A DNA stretch of 64,000 bases, taken from NCBI GenBank assembly GCA_050287085.1, contig JBNKBE010000011.1, positions 64,001-128,000 on the forward strand, written 5' to 3'. The stretch's first letter is position 1, and each line of letters starts with the position of its first letter. The DNA is from Polyangiaceae bacterium (GTDB taxonomy: Bacteria > Myxococcota_A > Polyangia > Polyangiales > Polyangiaceae). The notes beneath the pieces are model-generated. The model did no database searches. It was not told where the DNA came from and saw only the letters and a list, made by a program, of their open reading frames with translations. Below, one piece after another: positions 59,905 to 64,000 of this stretch. Position numbers and translations under genes: made by a program.

Positions 59905-61116
59905 CTATCTCTCGTCGTAAGCGTTGGTCTGCAGCGCGGCCGCCTCCGGACGAAGAGCACCCTTCGGAAACTGCTCACGGTAGCGAGCAAGCAGACTCTG
60001 CGCACCACTACGATCCCCCACCGCCAGCCGCGCTCGGACCTGGCTTAGGATGTTGAGTTCCGCCTTGAGCAGAGAGCTCTGTACAACCTCTCGAGCAGAT
60101 GACGCCTCGGGTGCCTTGGTCGGCGCGGCAGGTCGTGTACGAGCGCGGCGGCGGACGCGCTCCGGCCGAGACGACACGGCCTTGGACACCAACGGCTCAG
60201 CGCTCCGACCGTCGGTCCGGGTCATGCCCCGCAACGAAAGCTCGCCTCCCGTGTCGGCCGAAACGGCGGGGGCGACTTGGATACTCTCCACCTCACGCCC
60301 AGGTGACTCAGCCCTCACGGCCTGAGCCACCTCCGCGCCCGGCTCCGCGTGGCTCCCCACCACAGCCTCCGACTCGGAGCGGGACATCGGCTCGCTGGCT
60401 CCCATACGCTCCCCGGAAAGCCAAGAGTGCACAGGACCCGCAGCACCATAGCCAATCAGTGCGCTGCTCATCGCAGCCCCCGCCAATAGCCCCGCCTTGA
60501 GCATGACCCCCCAAGTGCCAGCGGCAAACCATCCGGTGCTCGCGGCCCCGCCGCAAGTGACCGTCGCGCCCCCTGCTGAAACCCCGACCGCGTTGTAGGC
60601 GGCAGCAGCACTCCCCGTCGCTGTTAGGCTGCTTCCGCCGGCCACAGCGCTCCCCAGAAAGGGTACCCCCAAAGCGGGGGCCTCGGATAGAACTCCGGCC
60701 GAAACCGCTGCGCTTCCGCCCGCGACACCTGCCAGGCCGGCCCCGGTCAGAGTGGCGGCGGAGGACGCGGAGACGGCACCTCCGAGGCATCCCGAGGCGG
60801 TGGCTTCAGCTCCGGTCAGCACAGCGCCGTGAGCTACTGCAGCGCCGTGAGCTACTGCAGCGCCGTGAGCTACTGCAGCGCCGTGAGCTACTGCAGCGCC
60901 GTGAGCTACTGCAGCCGGCGTCGAAACCACGCCACCGTGAGTGACGCCGTGAGCGGCAGCCGTGCCCCATCCGCCACCCAATGCCACGCCCAAAGCCGCG
61001 TGCACCCGATGCAGCGTGCGTTCGGGCGCTCGTTCACACGCCGCAAGAGCTAGAATCTGCCCTCCCAGTGGGCTTCCCCCACCGTCAACCAGGCGCCGAA
61101 ACTCTGATTCAGCCAT
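59905..61116 (-). CDS. Putative anti-sigma factor (Gly/Ala-rich, one TM, C-terminal TPR-like helix)
   Basis: Overlaps the ECF gene end; TM segment; L.AEL..L...R..L..GD...A..LL..Y...FP.G.L..EA motif typical of myxobacterial ECF partners. Confidence 0.6.
   Translation of the reverse strand: MAESEFRRLVDGGGSPLGGQILALAACERAPERTLHRVHAALGVALGGGWGTAAAHGVTHGGVVSTPAAVAHGAAVAHGAAVAHGAAVAHGAAVAHGAVLTGAEATASGCLGGAVSASSAATLTGAGLAGVAGGSAAVSAGVLSEAPALGVPFLGSAVAGGSSLTATGSAAAAYNAVGVSAGGATVTCGGAASTGWFAAGTWGVMLKAGLLAGAAMSSALIGYGAAGPVHSWLSGERMGASEPMSRSESEAVVGSHAEPGAEVAQAVRAESPGREVESIQVAPAVSADTGGELSLRGMTRTDGRSAEPLVSKAVSSRPERVRRRARTRPAAPTKAPEASSAREVVQSSLLKAELNILSQVRARLAVGDRSGAQSLLARYREQFPKGALRPEAAALQTNAYDER
60822..60915. 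repeat. 18-bp perfect tandem repeat x5 (CAGCGCCGTGAGCTACTG)
   Basis: Five exact copies; encodes AVAHGA x5. Confidence 0.97.
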
Positions 61117-61858
61117 GATGATCCCCCTCCTTGCCCACAGCTTTGGATTGCAGGGCCCCGGACCGCAACGACAGCGCCTTGGTCACTCGCCGCGATTCTG
61201 CGATGCTCGGCGATTCTGCGATGCTCGGCGATTCGCGGACGTCAGAAGCGTCCCGCCGGCGCTCTCCGAGCTTCGCAACTTCGCGCTCAAAGAGCTCCCG
61301 CGCAAGCCGAATGCGCGAGGCGATGGTTCCGCGACTCACCCCAAGCGACTGCGCAATCTCTGGGGTGGAGAAGCCTTCCAATTCGAACATCACAAAAGCG
61401 GCGCGCAACTCGAGGCTCATCTTGCCTAGGATGCGGTCCAACACCTCTCGGGCTTCGCGTCGCCGCGCGTGCTCTTCGGGTCCCGCCTCAGCGCACACCG
61501 TGTCGAAGTCATCAGCGAGGAGGGGCGTTTCGGCTCGACGAGCGCCAGCACGTCGCATTTCCGACGCAACCCGAACAACCACAGAGAAGACGTAACTGCG
61601 TTCTTTGCCCAACTCGATACTCGCCATTTTGCGATTGAGGACCAGCCAAACGCGTTGGCAACCGTCATCACAATCCGCCTCGGGTACGCCCAAACGCCGC
61701 AGCGAGCGCCACACGAAATCGAGATGGCCTTCGACCAAAGTGCGCAAGCGCACAGCATCCGACGCGGTCCTTGTTGGTTCGCTCGAAGCTTCGAGCCTAG
61801 GTGTTGCCGACTGGGAAGGGACCTCATGCTCACCCGACTCAAGGGGGGGACGCACCAC
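61109..61858 (-). CDS. ECF RNA polymerase sigma factor
   Basis: Region 2: HLDFVWRSLRRLGV..AD.DD..Q.V; region 4: R.AFVMFELEG.ST.EIA..LGVSRGTIASRIRLAR. Start uncertain (ORF open to 62161, which overlaps the upstream stop). Confidence 0.88.
   Translation of the reverse strand: MVRPPLESGEHEVPSQSATPRLEASSEPTRTASDAVRLRTLVEGHLDFVWRSLRRLGVPEADCDDGCQRVWLVLNRKMASIELGKERSYVFSVVVRVASEMRRAGARRAETPLLADDFDTVCAEAGPEEHARRREAREVLDRILGKMSLELRAAFVMFELEGFSTPEIAQSLGVSRGTIASRIRLARELFEREVAKLGERRRDASDVRESPSIAESPSIAESRRVTKALSLRSGALQSKAVGKEGDHHG
61192..61234. repeat. 18-bp tandem repeat x2.4 (GCGATTCTGCGATGCTCG)
   Basis: Encodes ESPSIA repeats in the ECF C-terminal tail. Confidence 0.88.
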
Positions 61859-62157
61859 AGGCAGGTCCGAGGTGCCCCCTGGCACCCCAGTCCAACGGGC
61901 ATCAAAAACCGGCTCGGTCCGCTGCCGGATCTCCGACTGCAAGCTCCAGGCCCCGACTGATTGGACCCCGAGCGGTTCACGCAACGATGACGGACTGGAC
62001 GGCCCCACACCTGCCCCGCCCTGTCGGGCAGAAAGGGCAAACGGCGCTTTGGCGCAGGGCACCCCGCGATGCCCGCCGCCGTCGGACACCACATCCTGGA
62101 CTCGAGCCGCGTTCGGAGACCTCACGCCTTTGCAATGCTTCTTCTTGAATCGAGAGA

Positions 62158-63321
62158 TCACCTAAAAACCCAGGCATCGGGCATTAGCCCAAGGGACAAA
62201 CCTATCACCAAACCCGCCCGCTGGTCGTACAATTGTCGACTCGCGGTAGTGCCGGACAAGTCCATCGGGCCCTGAACGCCGGTGCGAAACTGCGCAACAA
62301 GGGGAGACCAACGGAACAGAGCCCGACCGGTCAGCTCCCAGTAGCCGAGCCAACTCGTAACATCGCGATCGATCTTAGGAGCGGTAGCTTCGTAGGCACC
62401 GAGATGCGCCGATGCGCACGGCAGCAGATGCAGCCACGGGGCGACTTGATATCCGACAGGACACACGCTCCCGCTGGCCGTCCACCAACGAAACAGCCAC
62501 CGCTCGCCCCCGCTTGCGGTCATCCAATCGTTGGCGAAATCGAAACCAACGCCAAATAGCGCGGCGCCGAAGCCCTGGTCCAAACCACGCACGTCGAGGC
62601 CAAAAGCACCCGCCCAGCTCGGTTCTGGCAGCAACCCCCAGCGGATTGCGACCTCGCCGCTGGGCTGCAATCCCCAGGGAATGGACTTGCCCCGCCGCGA
62701 CGGTGGGGTGACAGGCTGAGCCGCCCCTACTGGTAAGAGCTTAACGGTCGGTCGACCATTATCATCCCAAAGGCGGGCATCGTCGCCGATTGTCGACTCC
62801 TCGAGAGCCGGCGCCGCGGATGGCACAGTCCCAGTCAAGGATTCCAGGTAGATGGATAGGCTCATCATCAGTGCCTGGAGCAGCTCGGCACATTCTGGGC
62901 CGCGCAATTCGCGCATCCAATGACCCCCTGTGCCGATTCCCGAGCCGCGGTGAGCGACCACTAGGCTGCCCGAAAAGAGCGCGTCCGGGCGCTCGAAACG
63001 AAACGCCACGTTGCGCACGGACAGGGGCGTTTTGACAAGCACGTAGCGACTGTAAAGAAGTCGAAATTCGCCGGGGGAAGGGCAGCCTTCGGTACTCGAA
63101 TAATCGAGCCACGTGGGGCCGGAACGTCGCGCAGAAAGCTCGGGCGGCAGGGGCCCAGGGCTTGGCGCGACCGGCTCCGCATCCTGGCCCTCGAGGGCAA
63201 CCCCAGCGGTAGCACCCGCTCCGAATGACGGCGAGGGCACCGCAAACACGAGCAGCAGCCCCCCCACCCACAGCCGCCGTCTGGCCTGTGCGTTCGGTGC
63301 TGTAGTCGGAGCGCGCGACAC
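62158..63321 (-). CDS. Secreted hypothetical protein associated with the ECF cluster
   Basis: Signal peptide; LDYS..EGCP, RELRG.EC.EL..A, C-P...C beta-strand C-terminus, a pattern I associate with Polyangia ECF clusters. Confidence 0.6.
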   Translation of the reverse strand: MSRAPTTAPNAQARRRLWVGGLLLVFAVPSPSFGAGATAGVALEGQDAEPVAPSPGPLPPELSARRSGPTWLDYSSTEGCPSPGEFRLLYSRYVLVKTPLSVRNVAFRFERPDALFSGSLVVAHRGSGIGTGGHWMRELRGPECAELLQALMMSLSIYLESLTGTVPSAAPALEESTIGDDARLWDDNGRPTVKLLPVGAAQPVTPPSRRGKSIPWGLQPSGEVAIRWGLLPEPSWAGAFGLDVRGLDQGFGAALFGVGFDFANDWMTASGGERWLFRWWTASGSVCPVGYQVAPWLHLLPCASAHLGAYEATAPKIDRDVTSWLGYWELTGRALFRWSPLVAQFRTGVQGPMDLSGTTASRQLYDQRAGLVIGLSLGLMPDAWVFR

Positions 63322-63547
63322 GCGGCCAAGCTAGCACACGGCCCGGACGCTCGGGATGCGAGGGCTACCGCGCTACCAATGTGTGCCTTCTTGCAACATC
63401 CAGTGTCCACTCCAGGTCCCTAGCACTCCAATTCAAGTGGTATAAGATTCCGCAGCCGTCGCACTGCGTCCGGAAGACCTCGCGCCGAAAGGGCAGAGCC
63501 TGCCGCGACGCGTCGAAGGCGACAGGCAACCTGATAGGGTCCAAGAC

Positions 63548-64000
63548 GTGCCGCATCCAGAGCTGTCCCTCGTACTCCCCGTATACAACGAAGAACCCGT
63601 GATCGCTGAGCTGCGCGCCCGACTGGATGCGTTCCTTGAAACGCTGGGAAGCAGCTACGAAGTCATCTTCGTCGATGATGGCTCCTCGGACCGCTCGCGC
63701 GAGATGTTGCGTGAATTGTGTGAACGCACCCCTGAGTATAAGCTCATCTCGCTGTCGCGCAATTTCGGGCACCAGGCAGCGATCACCGCAGGTCTAGACT
63801 ACGCCACCGGCGATGCCGTGGTGGTTATGGACGCAGACCTGCAGGATCCTCCGGAGGTCGTGAGTGAGATGCTGGCCCAATACCGGGCAGGCTTCGATGT
63901 GGTCTACGGCGTGCGCAAACGCCGCCATGGCGAAAGCCTCTTCAAGCGAGCGACGGCTGCCGCTTTCTATCGCCTGCTGCGGGCCATGGTCGGCGTACCG
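63548..64000 (+). CDS. Glycosyltransferase family 2 (GtrB/DPM1-like), truncated by the window edge
   Basis: My translation from GTG 63548: [55 protein letters not shown]. Confidence 0.92.
   Translation, partial: MPHPELSLVLPVYNEEPVIAELRARLDAFLETLGSSYEVIFVDDGSSDRSREMLRELCERTPEYKLISLSRNFGHQAAITAGLDYATGDAVVVMDADLQDPPEVVSEMLAQYRAGFDVVYGVRKRRHGESLFKRATAAAFYRLLRAMVGVP

Noticed and set aside
43021..60915. CRISPR arrays at the x5 repeats
   Set aside because: Units are head-to-tail without spacers, in-frame within genes, and no cas genes are present

Overview
A GC-rich, gene-dense 64 kb bacterial chromosomal segment. Gene content and protein style (ECF sigma/anti-sigma triad, PEGA-like protein, many lipoproteins, Cys-rich TamA/BamA-like protein, terpene synthases) suggest Myxococcota, probably Polyangia; this is an inference. 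It carries part of cobalamin/tetrapyrrole synthesis (bluB-cobT fusion, cobA-hemD fusion, cbiX/sirB-type chelatase, cobO) and branched-chain amino acid synthesis (marR-leuC-leuD; leuB-ilvB-ilvN; ilvE). Also present: glmS, glpD, recQ, a sirtuin, a heterodimeric ABC exporter, two hybrid histidine kinases and several envelope glycosyltransferases. I found no rRNA, tRNA, CRISPR array, transposase or phage genes. Most interesting observations: (1) a small HTH-like protein directly upstream of glmS, preceded by a perfect 26-bp palindrome (candidate undescribed glmS regulator and operator); (2) a degenerate class I terpene-synthase-like protein starting 1 nt after a hybrid sensor kinase; (3) an orphan lipoprotein-type, bufferin-like Cys-rich precursor; (4) a ~130-nt multi-stem structured element between cbiX and cobA; (5) a MarR gene with a palindrome inside its promoter heading leuCD; (6) six in-frame 15-21 bp tandem repeats in coding regions; (7) recurring leaderless-type promoter architecture. 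All calls come from motif recognition by eye; no database searches were run.
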